Shown here: positions 1-10,559 of the stretch, piece by piece
Numbering within the stretch: the stretch's first letter is position 1
Layout of the letters: each line of letters begins with the position of its first letter
DNA from: Anthoceros angustus
Lineage: Eukaryota > Plantae > Anthocerotophyta
DNA: 64,000 bases
Direction of reading: 5' to 3'
Assembly (NCBI GenBank): GCA_010909165.1
Contig: MU008175.1
Span: 372,001-436,000, forward strand
Notes under the pieces: model-generated
What the model saw: only the letters and a program-made list of their open reading frames with translations
Told to the model about the DNA's origin: nothing
Database searches by the model: none
Translations under genes and position numbers: made by a program

Positions 1-1578
1 ATAAGTGACAAAGGCGATGAGCGACCAATGTCATGGCGTGATTGTTCCGGCCGCGTGATCAAGATGGGTGAATGGTTTCCCCACTGGTAGTTCTCTAGAA
101 CCGGTGGCGATTCGAATGTTCCATGAGTCTTGGGCTGTCCCACTCAAGTGCAACACAGGCTGTGACATTTTCCGATGATCACCGGTGCTCCATATCTAGG
201 AGCACCATCTTGGGGGCATAGCCATTGTTGACATGTCCTCTCGATTGTCCACCATAGCATTCGTCCGAGACCTTACGTTGGTGGGGCAAAATGCGAGGGA
301 GATCGATCCTGGTGCATGAGTGCATACTGGTGCGTACTCGGGAGTGCATGCTCGGGGTAGCTGAGCACGTTGAGAGGCATATGCCGCACCATCCCTCCTT
401 TATCCTCGGATCGGCCACTATTCGGGTCGGTGATCGGTGAGAAGCTATCCCAGGCACATAACTGTTGCAATTGAGTTGATGATCCCATGTCTCGTAGAAA
501 ACAAGGGTGACTCAAAAATTTCTCAACGGTGATTTGTAGTGAGGGCTGATGAGCGTAATGACCCCTGCTGCATGCCTCGCCTTGCCTTGTGAAGGCTGCC
601 CTGCCATATGATCAACTAGGGAGGTGCCAGAATGGGATGGCCACTCCGTGAGGAAGGAGTGAATGATCGAGGCATGGCTGCCCTTGCCCTCATTGCCGGT
701 GTCGGTCCATTATCTGCCTCCACATCCAAGATGACTGTCGTCGCATCCTACCCATGTAGCATGTAGGCTCTTGGGACATGTCCAATGCCTCCAATGGTGT
801 AGTGCATACCTCATGGGAAGTAGTAGTCTTCTCCAGCCTCTTCCGTGAGGATTGTAGCTATCCTGTGGCTTGGAGACACACTGGTTCTTTTGGCAGGGAG
901 GCTAATGCCCCCAATTTGTGTGGTGAGGCTCGATGAGGCTTCAAGTGAGGCAACCTTCGGCGTGGTGCGCCCTTGGCCTTGGTCTTCTCCATTGTTGTTT
1001 GCCAGCGCAAGGCAGTCGAGCTGCCGGGAGGCTGTAGTCTGACATCTGGCGGCAGGTGGGCTCGGTGAATTTGTGCCTCCCTTTGAGACCGGCGCTCCGG
1101 GTGTTTTTGAAAACAAATTGTCACAAAGTGTCCTATCTTGTGGCAATGGGTGCAGTAAAGCCCCTCAGTGGGGCACTTGCATGCGGGAGCGAGATGCTCC
1201 GGACTTCCACAGCGATTGCAAGAGGCTTCCAGCGTTGCTGCAGCCCCTGCCTTGGCTAGCTTAGCTGGAACTGCCCTTGCTGATCCTGTACTCCCACTTC
1301 CCGGTGTCGTTCCTTTGCTAGTGAACATACTTTGATAGTGAGAAAAAGCCTTGGAGTGGCGGGAGGCATACGCAGAGAAGGCAATCTCCTTACGCTCTGC
1401 CTCTTCATGCACCTGTTCCAAAGTATAGCTGTCACCATACTTATCCACTAGAGAAGTGATGAGCTGAAAATGGAACAAGGAGTCCCCCTCCAATGTTGTA
1501 AAATTTCTGCACCGCTCACGATGCATGCGGCTGCACAGCGTGCCTTCACGCAGCTTTTGCAACCTCTGAAAAGTCATC
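1..1578 (-). mobile_element. Ty3/Gypsy element 1 (host element): 3' part of gag with tandem zinc knuckles, then aspartic protease region; continues off the left edge
   Basis: ORF 858..1583 contains CNRCGSPEHLAPAC and CTHCHKIGHFVTIC. PKMVLLD at ~190-215 matches PRVVLLDTGA of element 2. LFHFQLITSLVDKYGDSYTL matches the element 2 gag. Confidence 0.8.
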
Positions 1579-1582
1579 TGCA

Positions 1583-1611
1583 AACATGGTATTTAGTGAA
1601 GGGGGTGATTA
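1583..1611 (+). repeat. Left terminal inverted repeat of the DNA transposon
   Basis: Inverted match to 23284-23310 and 40901-40929; preceded by TGCA. Confidence 0.85.
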
Positions 1612-2043
1612 TTCAGCATGAGGATTTTTTGCTCTTTATTTGCCGAAGGGGGTTTTGGATGGGTGTTGAATCCCTTGTTCACCGCTTGTCTTTGGAAAGA
1701 TGATCGAAGAAGTGAAACCAACACCCAGACGAGCTTGCCGTTCTGCGTGGCATGTGGGCAAGATGGTTGTAGCAGTTACACCTATCGAGCTTTAGAGCCC
1801 ATTTCTGACCCAAAATGGAGCACCATGACTACTTTGTGAAGATGAGTACATTTGTGATGCCCGCAAACAGTCGGGAAAACATGGTCCAACCAGTCGAACT
1901 CTCATATTTCAAGTTTCCCAGGCAGCATCTGCGGTGGTGGTGGTATGGGTCATCTGAATCCCTTACATGCGACATGGAATTCATGGAAATCGTGAGTGGT
2001 GAGCGGCCGGCCGAGCGCTACACTACCTAATCGAAGTGATATG

Positions 2044-2528
2044 TGTCATGCTGCGATATGTAGGGCTAACATAAGCGGTTCTAGGTTAATTGGCGCCATG
2101 TGGGTATAAATGCGTGGTAACAATGTAAACACGATTAGGTCAATGGTGTGCCGGTGCCTGTGAATAGGCGCCGATGAATTTAGGCTTTTGGTTGAGAATC
2201 CGCATGAATGATGATGCGAACAAAGTTACCGAAGTGATGGCGGGGCGGGGGAATCGAGCGATTGTACGAGATGGAGACGGATGAGGCAGGGACGAGCTTA
2301 AGAGGTCCTGTTGGTAGCCGGTGTTGTGAGAGTGCATGGGCAAAGCCGTCGCGATCGTGAGCAATGGCTCACGATTGTCATTCTTTTCTATGCAATTCAT
2401 CCGGTTGGAACAATAGGTTGCATGATCAGTGAGCATGAGTCCACACTCGCACATTGATGATGCGGCGTTTTTGTGGACTAGGGAACTCTCCACTCAACGA
2501 GCGGATCTTTGCATTTAGCTCGAACCTC
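2044..2528 (+). repeat. Terminal repeat A1 of element 2
   Basis: Repeated at 9630-10098 and ~24335-24813; begins TGTCATG. Confidence 0.85.
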
Positions 2529-2859
2529 TACTCTCTGGCCTTGTGGGAAGCGGAGTCTTTGCATTTTGGCTTCTCGGTGGAAGGAGGGGGGAGGTATGAC
2601 AATTTGCTTCTGCGTTGGTCGTGAGAAGCATCACATCTTGACATTGGTTAGAGGCGGTAGGAGGTTTTCTACTCATGCTCGCGGTGGTTCTGTGACATGT
2701 CTGTTGGTAATGCATGTCGCTGAGGAGGATGAAGAGCCACGCTATTGCTTGAGATCTCGAGTGGTTCCTCGTCATCCAGAGGTTACCCGTCGAAGAGGGG
2801 TTACAGGACGGTGGAGTTCTGACTTGAACCGGTGAGCGATTTGATGAGGGAGGGAGGCG

Positions 2860-4000
2860 GTTGTCGGCGGATGCTGGTCAACAATTGGCTAGCTGGTCAC
2901 CCTTATCGGGTATTGTAGCGGTGGTGATCACGAGGACGATTTTGAAGAGGCCAAGATTCGAGTGGTTCGTAAGAGATGGCGAGCTTGGATCGGTCTTAGG
3001 CTTGATAAATTTTCAGGCAGCGGACTCAAACGCTGAGAGATTTAATGTTTTTCAATTTCCTTACCAGTAGGGTGAAGTTTAAGCATGGTCCGCATATTCT
3101 CATCGATATGTTTGAACAACTTCCGGATATATGAGTGGCGAGGCGTTGGATTTGTATGAAACACGATCGATTTGCTGGTGCTTTCCCAATCCGGCTTATC
3201 GGCAGCGTTGGCTTGCATACAATAATTTGCATCGCAAAAGCAATGGCTCATCATCAAGCTCGAGTTGCGAAGGCCACGCGGGTAAGGGCCTCTGGTCGCA
3301 TGACTCAGAGAGGCTATCAAGGGATTGATGAGCACGTTGTTGTACCCAAGTTTGCCAATCCTGTAGAGGAGTTTTTCACTATATTGGAGAAGGCTTTTCC
3401 ATTTAAAACCCCGGAGAAGATAGCTGAACTTGCCGCTTTCCAACGAAAGAAGGGAGAGACAGTGCAAATGGCATTTAATCGCAAAAGCTCGGGGATGGCC
3501 GTATGTTGGTGATCAAGAGGCGCACAAAGTTTCGCTCTTGAGGGAACCATTGTTTCATTTTCAATTGTTTACCTCGCTTGTGGACAAATATGGAGATCAA
3601 TACACTCTAGATCGTCTTCCGGAGGCGGAAGGAGTTGGCGTTTCTGCTTATGTATAAGCACACTAAGTCGTATGCTCATTATCGAGACCATGTTTCGGGA
3701 AGGGTGTATCTTACAGGTGCGCTCCTATCACTGGTGCTTAAGCACAGGCGTTAAGATGGCTAAGGTGGTCACCGCTATCTCGCTCTGCGATCGACTACTA
3801 TGTGTAATCATTGTGATTCGATCATTTGTCACCGACTTGCAAATGTGCGGTGGAAGCATTATATTGTACACATTGCCACAAGACGGGTCATGTTGTTACG
3901 GTATGTTTTCAGAAGTTCCCGAGCAGCGTTATCGGGGAGGCGATGAAGAAACTCCCACACTGCAGGCCATCGGAGCCTTGACCTCGCAGCCAAGCATGGG
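2860..4000 (+). pseudogene. gag of element 2 (frameshifted in this assembly)
   Basis: GIDEHVVVPKFANPVEEFFTILEKAFPFKTPEKIAELAAFQRKKGETVQM; zinc knuckle YCTHCHKTGHVV.VCFQK at ~3862-3915. Start approximate. Confidence 0.75.
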
Positions 4001-4789
4001 GGGGGTGTCTCTCACTAAGAGCAAGCTGAAGCGGGATAAGGGCAAACACAAGGTGGCTGCGGTATCAGAAGATGTGACTTTGAGTCTGCAGTCGCTTCAG
4101 ACTACTCGATTAAGTCGTGTTGACCTCGTTGACGACTAAACCGGCTGGTGTGGCTGTGGCCGTGTCTTCACCTGTGCAGGGTGTCGAAGGTGAGGATTAT
4201 GGAGATCCCTATCAGGCATGTACGGTTCATAAGGTGGACAGGGAGGAAGAGGATGTGCCCGCAACATGGCTGGGGCATGATGTACGATCTGTGCAGGCAG
4301 GTGCTTATGTAACACGGTCTGTTGCTCGCACCAATCGGTCAATTATGCCCAAGTCCTTTGTGCCATTGTCACCAGGAACTTCCATTCCTCTACGTGGTGC
4401 AGATCATTTGATGGAGGCTTTGGAGCCACCACAATCATCACAGGGGTTGGTAGGAACCATTCAGGTTCCTGCTTGTGCATGGTCAACTTTCGAGTTGGTA
4501 CAGAAGATTGCACGGGCTCCTCTGTTCACCTTAGCGGATCTGGATGTTGGCGATCAATATGCTGCCACGCTAGCGCAGTCCTTGGTTGCTCGGACGGGTC
4601 CGTCCTCGAGCGCGGTACCACCCGAGGAGTCGGCTTCTATACGGCCTGGGGCGGCTACAATTGGTCAAGGGCTTGGCAGGCGGTGGCTGGGGCAAGGAGG
4701 TCTTGTCACAATTGGCTCGAGCCGCATGGTCATCCCATGATCCAGCCTACTCGGATGCAGTGCCTATCAACCATGCCGTGGTTGACAAT

Positions 4790-5070
4790 CGTGTTGTATT
4801 CTCAATGGAGTAGCACCACGGGTGGTGCTCTTGGACACCGGAGCACAACCCATCGGTCAAGCCTTGGCGCAGTTCTGACCGGTGGGGATGCTCTCAAGAG
4901 CCCGTCGTGGAGTATTCGATGCACAGGGGCCGAGCCGCTTCAAGACAGTGTCCAGCTTTCTATCGTCTTGAAACACGGTACTAACTATGATGTTGTTCGC
5001 CTTTGGTATCGGTGCCACCAACTATGACATCCTGCTTGGCAGAATTTATTCCGCTGAGTTGGGATTGACA
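4790..5070 (+). pseudogene. Retroviral-type aspartic protease
   Basis: VAPRVVLLDTGAQP at 4810-4851; NYDILLG at ~5020-5040. Confidence 0.8.
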
Positions 5071-5469
5071 ATCGGAGCGAGCATATTATCGTCCGGATTG
5101 GCGGCGGGTGGTGCGTTTAGCCTACATTCCTTTGACTTACATCGCCTAGCTGCCGGTGACGTTGCATTAGTCGGCCAAGCATGTCCGGCATTCGTTATCC
5201 TTTGTTACCTCGGGATGATCATCGCATCTCTTGGATTTTCTGAGAGGATGATGCTCTGTTGTTTCGATGATGTGGATACCATTGGCCCTGATCGAGTGCC
5301 CGTTGTCGAGTCAGCGGTATGGAATCTTGCCCGGCGGCATGTGGAGTATGCTTTACAGCAATTTCATGCGGCCGGGATTGAGGCCGGGACAAAGCCGTTT
5401 CTTGAGTCTGCTTCAACGTTGCTTCCACCTTTGAATCAACATACCATTATTTGGCCCATGTGTACAGTG

Positions 5470-6400
5470 GGTTATGTGGTGTTGGAATTATTCGGGGGTT
5501 TGTGCACTGGCTTGGAGGCTCTATTACGTGCGGCGTTTTGGTGCGCGTAATATTATTCGCGGACAATTGTCCGTCGCTCAACAGATTGCTGGGGCATCGC
5601 TTGCAGCGATTACATCTCGCCATGCTAGTTTGTTTCGATCTACGCATTTGTGACTACGCTTTGCTTTACCTCAAGATGTCGGTGACATTCACCAATCCCA
5701 TATCCAGGCTTTGCCTCCGGTTGATCTGGTGATCGCTGGATGGGAGTGTCAGGGGTTTTCCCGTGCTGGCCAAGGTGCGGGTTTGCAGGATCCACGGAGC
5801 GGATCGTTTTTGTTGTTGGCTCGTATTTTGCATTGGCTTCAACAGGTGCACCCTCATATGGTGTATGTGCTCGAGAATACTCCGGCACATTTAGATCCTC
5901 GGCCGCACTTGTTTGCTGATGCTACATTGATCCAACATGTGGTGGGATCTCCGTTTGTCATGGATGCTGCGCAGGTCGGTAGCTTTGCCCACCGTTTACG
6001 CAGCTATTGGACCAATTGGGCTCCATGCACAATTTTGCAATTGGCACTTCAGCATACAGTTCGTGATGATCAGCTCCGGTTGCAAGATGTTTTGGAACCA
6101 TATCATAGTCCGCGTCCGGTGAAGGTTGTGGAGAAGTCTCCGTGGTTTCCAACTAATCAGCCTGGCATGCCGCGCCAGACTCTACCCACACTGGTCAGTT
6201 TTCCTGGTTCTTATGCGTATCGTGGGGCTGGCAATGGGCTGTTGTTGGATGTTCGTACTCAACGATGGGAGGAGCCTACTGTGGAAGAACGAGAACGTAT
6301 CATGGGGTTTGATACTCATGCTCTACGCGTTGGCGTCACTTACGGATTGCTCTCGGGCGTGCTATGGATTTACATCGCTTACGGCTTGTTACCATTTGTT
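5470..6400 (+). CDS. C5-cytosine DNA methyltransferase (Dnmt3/DRM-like) inside the Gypsy polyprotein region
   Basis: Motif I VVLELFGGLCTGLEAL; IV DLVIAGWECQGFS; VI YVLENT; VIII DAAQVGSFAHRLRSYWTN; IX EERERIMGF; X LGRAMD after an indel. Confidence 0.88.
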
Positions 6401-6689
6401 TAGTGTTTCAAATCTTGTCGCGTGCTCCGTTTGTGGGTTTATTTCATGTCTGGAGCATGTCATCCGATCGCTCACTTGCCCTTTCCGGATTCCAGATCTC
6501 TTATACTCTGGATGCTGGGGAGTCAATAGCTTTCGTGTCCATCATTCGGTTTCGGCTTGTATGGTGAGCAATTCGGATTCGGAGACCACGGTTTATCATC
6601 AAGCAGCAGTGAGCCTCGATATGTTTCCGGAATATGGGGTCTCGGTTGATGTAAGATCGAGGCAACGTTAAGTGACCGCTGGCTAAATC

Positions 6690-7340
6690 AGATTGTTTTG
6701 CCTTCTCTATGAAGGAGTACTTGTAATGTGATGAAGTTCCGTGTTCGACCACTAATGAGCCGGTACAGCCTTAGCCTAGTGGGAGATCGTGGACGACGTT
6801 GTAAGGAGTTACATGAAAGGGTTGATTCGCCATCCACGTCTGATTTTTTGCTGCAAGCTTCTTCCACCCAAGAAGGATAGTCGAGATTGTGGTGAAAACG
6901 CATGTGGTGATTATCGGCCTCGAACGCCGATCCGCAGATCGTTATCCTATGCCTACCGGAGGAGTTATTTGATCGATTGGACAATCTTCGCTTTTTCGGT
7001 GTTGGACTGCGTGGATTTAACCAGTGCCCATGGCGGATGAGGACATCAAGAAGACGGCGTTCCGCATAACAACTTTGGGAGTGGCTGTTCATGCCTTTTG
7101 GGTTCCGTAATGCTCATTCGTTTGAGAATCATGGACAAGGTGTTGGCGGTGCACCACATCTCTTGTGTTACATCGATGATGTGTTGGTTCACATCGAGAC
7201 TTTGACACATTTGGTTCACTTGGAGGACCTATTTTGTCATGGCGGCATTGAAGTGTCATCCCGCCAAGTGTGAGCTGGGTGTTGATCGATTGATTCTAGG
7301 TCATAGGATTGCCTAACGGCATTATGCCTCACGCTAAGGT
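6690..7340 (+). pseudogene. Reverse transcriptase (frameshifted)
   Basis: RMCGDYR, DEDIKKTAF, WEWLFMPFGFRNA, CYIDDVLV (YIDD ~7168-7180). Confidence 0.9.
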
Positions 7341-7538
7341 TCAGCTATCTTGAGGTGCGCCTACTAAGCGTGTCCACGTTAAGCATATCGGCCTCTGCAA
7401 TTATTATCGCATTTACATTCAGGATTTTAGTCGTATTGCCAAGCCTCTCAATGAGTTGTTACGCAAGAATGTCGCTTGGGATTGGGCAGAAGCATGTGAG
7501 CAAGCGTTTCTTATGTTGAAGGACAGGTTCAACCTGTC

Positions 7539-7880
7539 ATGGCTAGACCTGATTTTGACAAACCATTCGTTGTGCATACGGATTGGAGTCAGCTGGGTTT
7601 GGGTGCGGTGCTCGCCCAAATCGATGATGCAGGACATGAACGTGTAATTGCGTATGCTTCCCGCAGTTGCAATAGAGCTGAGAGTAATTACCCCAGTTAT
7701 GAAGGGGAGTGTTTGGCGGCTGTGTGGGCTGTATGTCATTTTCGGCCTTACTTGTATGGATTTTGATGACGGACCATCACCTTTGAAGTGGTTGATGACT
7801 AACACCCAATTGAGTGGCAAGTTGGCTCGGTGGGCAATGACCTTACAAGATTATGATTTTGAGGTTGTTCATCGTCCGGA
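7539..7880 (+). pseudogene. Ty3/Gypsy RNase H
   Basis: [64 protein letters not shown]. Confidence 0.9.
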
Positions 7881-8199
7881 GCTTGTCACCGAGAATCGAT
7901 TTGTTATCACGGCATCCCCTGGAATCTAGCGAAGACCATACAGAGGCGACAAGATTTTGACGAGAATGGGATGGTGACAGCTAGATGGCCCCGCTTTGGG
8001 AGACTTGAGCATTGTGCTGCTTATCGGCAAGTTGGGCATGGCGAGACATTTGGACAGATTCGGAACCATGCATTATTTGCAAACCGGTTCATACCCGGTA
8101 GTGTGCTCTAAAACACGCATTCAAAGAACGGGCGGCGGATACAATTGGCGAGATGGTTATCTCGCGCAGAGGCGGCAGCGTTCGGACTGTACGCCGCCA

Positions 8200-9000
8200 C
8201 GGATCGGAAGTCGTTGGTGGCTCATGCCGACATGGGGCATTTTGGCGTCAACGCACGTATAGTTTGGCTCCTCATTTCCATTGGAGTGGCATGTATGGTC
8301 AAGTTCGTGATCCGATAGTGCGGCGGCGACAGGTAAAGGCTTCTTTTAATATCAAGCCATCGCGCTCCCATTACCTATCGTCTTTCTTTCACTGGTCTTG
8401 CGATCTTATTGGTGAGTTGCCTAAGACAAAGACGGGTAATGTTTATGTGATGGTGATGGTAGAACACTTTTCTAAGTGGGTGAGATTGTTGCTTTGCCCG
8501 ATAAGAGCTCGAGCACCGCCCAAGCCTTTTACGACATGTGCTTAGTCGGTTTGGCGGTGTCTCATGATCGAGTGAGTTTCGTGGAGAATTTCAGATTGTT
8601 GGATCATGCTTTCATTGATCATCGACGAACTAGTCGAGATCATCCCCAAGCATGGGTTATGAGCGTTTGGTTGACCATTAAGCAAGGTTACGTGGATTGT
8701 TGACAATGCCTCAAGTGATTGGGACTGGCATTATTGGCGATGGGTATCGTATGAGTAAGCACGCTTGGCCCATTTTCTCCCTATTTCTTGCTCTTTGGGG
8801 GATCCTTCCTCCTGTCTCCATTGCCAAGGAAATGCATCAGGTAGTGGCCCTGGATGATCCTGCCACATGGGCCCGACTGGTTGGTGAGCGGGCAGCTTTA
8901 TTTCGGCAGGCCATGCCTATGGCTATGGCTAACCTTCAGATTGCTCAGCATCGAGACACGTTGCGTTATGCTTACACTCGCAGGCTACCACTTGCCTAAA
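8200..9000 (+). pseudogene. DDE integrase (rve), frameshifted
   Basis: FHWSGMY; WSCDLIGELPKTKTGNVYVMVMVEHFSKWV; IDHRRTSRDHPQA. Confidence 0.85.
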
Positions 9001-9212
9001 TTGAAGAAGTTTCACACGGAGACTATGTTTATCTGAGACAATACGCGCTGGAACCTTCTACTCGTAGACATGTATTGCGAGTTAAAGAGGTGCCGACAGG
9101 TGTGTTGGTGTTGCAAGGGTCGACGGACGGCTCAAGGAGCACATGAAGAATTGTGCTCCTTGCCATCTTCCCAACTGGACCCCACGATCGTTCAATTGGG
9201 TGCCACCTTCCG

Positions 9213-9345
9213 ATTATCCATGCCAAGTCTGCCAGCGCATCGACGATCCGGAGCTTATGTTGTTGTGTGACGGATGCAATGGTGGATTCCATCTATTTTG
9301 TTTGTCTCCACCACTCGCTGAGGTGCCAGCAGGTGTTTGGTATTC
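9213..9345 (+). CDS. PHD finger at the integrase C-terminus
   Basis: [44 protein letters not shown] (C4-H-C core; the last Cys pair is lost to an indel). Confidence 0.88.
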
Positions 9346-9453
9346 CGGAGTAAGGGTACTACGGGAGCAGTTTGGCGGCATTATGTGAGTCTTCTTGGTT
9401 GTTTGGTTCTCCGCTTGGTGATGTTGCGCTTTGGGCAGCGCCCCGCCACTGGG

Positions 9454-10291
9454 AATGAGGTCCGACAATTATGTCGAGATTCTTGTTTTGTTTTGTTGTT
9501 ATAAACTTAGATCTGGAATGAGAGTGACCGACGCCAGCATGGTTTGGAAGGTGTGTTGCGATGTGTCACTAAAGTGCATAGCCCGGATGGTATTATATGG
9601 CACATGGGCGTCACGATGTCATCACGACATGTCATGCTGCGATATGTAGGGCTAACATAAGCGGTTCTAGGTTAATTCGCGCGTATAAATGCGTGGTAAA
9701 ACACGATTAGGTCAATGGTGTGCCGGTGCCTATATGAATAGGGCGCCCGATGATTTAGGCTTTGGTTGAGAATCCGCGCATGAATGATGATGAACAAAGT
9801 TCAGAAGTGATGGCGGGGCGAGGCGAATCAGGCGGGTAGATGGAGACCGGATGAGACGGGACGAGCTTAAGAGGTCCCGTGTTGGTAGCCGGTAGTTGTG
9901 AGTGCATGGTAGGCGCAGTCGCGATCGGTGAGCAATGGCTCACGATTGTCATTCTTTTCTATGCAATTCATCCGGTTGGAACAATAGGTTGCATGATCGA
10001 GTGAGCATGAGTCCACACTCGCACGTGATGATGCGCGTTTTGTGGACTAGGGAACTCTCCACTCAACTGAGCGGATCGATGCATTTAGCTCGAACCTCAA
10101 TGAGGTCCGACAATTATGTCGATTCTTGTTTTGTTTTGTTGTTATAAACTTAGGCTGCGGAATAGGAGTGGCCAAACTTAGCATGGTTTGGAAGGTGTGT
10201 TGCGATGTGTCACTAAAGTGCATGGTTATAGCACGGATGGTATTATATGGCACATGGTGGGCGTCTGACGGTCTTGTCATAAATCCTGACA
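9454..10291 (+). repeat. 3' terminal repeats B1 (9454-9629), A2 (9630-10098), B2 (10099-10291)
   Basis: Both B copies start AATGAGGTCCGACAATTATGTC; the B1|A2 junction is ...ACGACA|TGTCATG; the same order recurs at ~24171-25006. Confidence 0.8.
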
Positions 10292-10559
10292 TATGTCATC
10301 TCCTATCCCTTGGTAGGTTGGAGGAATCGATTTTTGAGACAAGAGGCTGGCTATGTGTGTCACCAACCATCGGCAGATGCTATGTATAGTCATGTGACTA
10401 GCCGTGATCAAAACAGAAAGTCTTTGGGTATGGATGCATTATTAGTGACGCATCGTGCAAGCCCTAAATGTGCACATGCTCTAAATGTGCAAATTAGGGT
10501 GTCCCCAGGCTGCTAGTGCTTAAAACCGTTGACTTGGAGCGATGGAGTTTCCATCGGCT

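Larger units (their letters stand above)
2044..10291 (+). mobile_element. Ty3/Gypsy element 2: gag-PR-C5 DNA methyltransferase-RT-RNaseH-integrase-PHD, with split direct repeats
   Basis: Termini TGTCA...TGACA; TATG at 2040-2043 and 10292-10295; domains in Gypsy order (RT-RH-IN). Confidence 0.88.

Noticed and set aside
2860-9400. Programmed ribosomal frameshifting in gag-pol
   Set aside because: Frameshifts are too numerous and scattered, matching sequencing error or decay.
2044-10291. DIRS/Ngaro classification based on split repeats and a methyltransferase
   Set aside because: The element has an aspartic protease, a DDE integrase and a TSD; no tyrosine recombinase was seen; its MTase is C5-type, not Dam-like.
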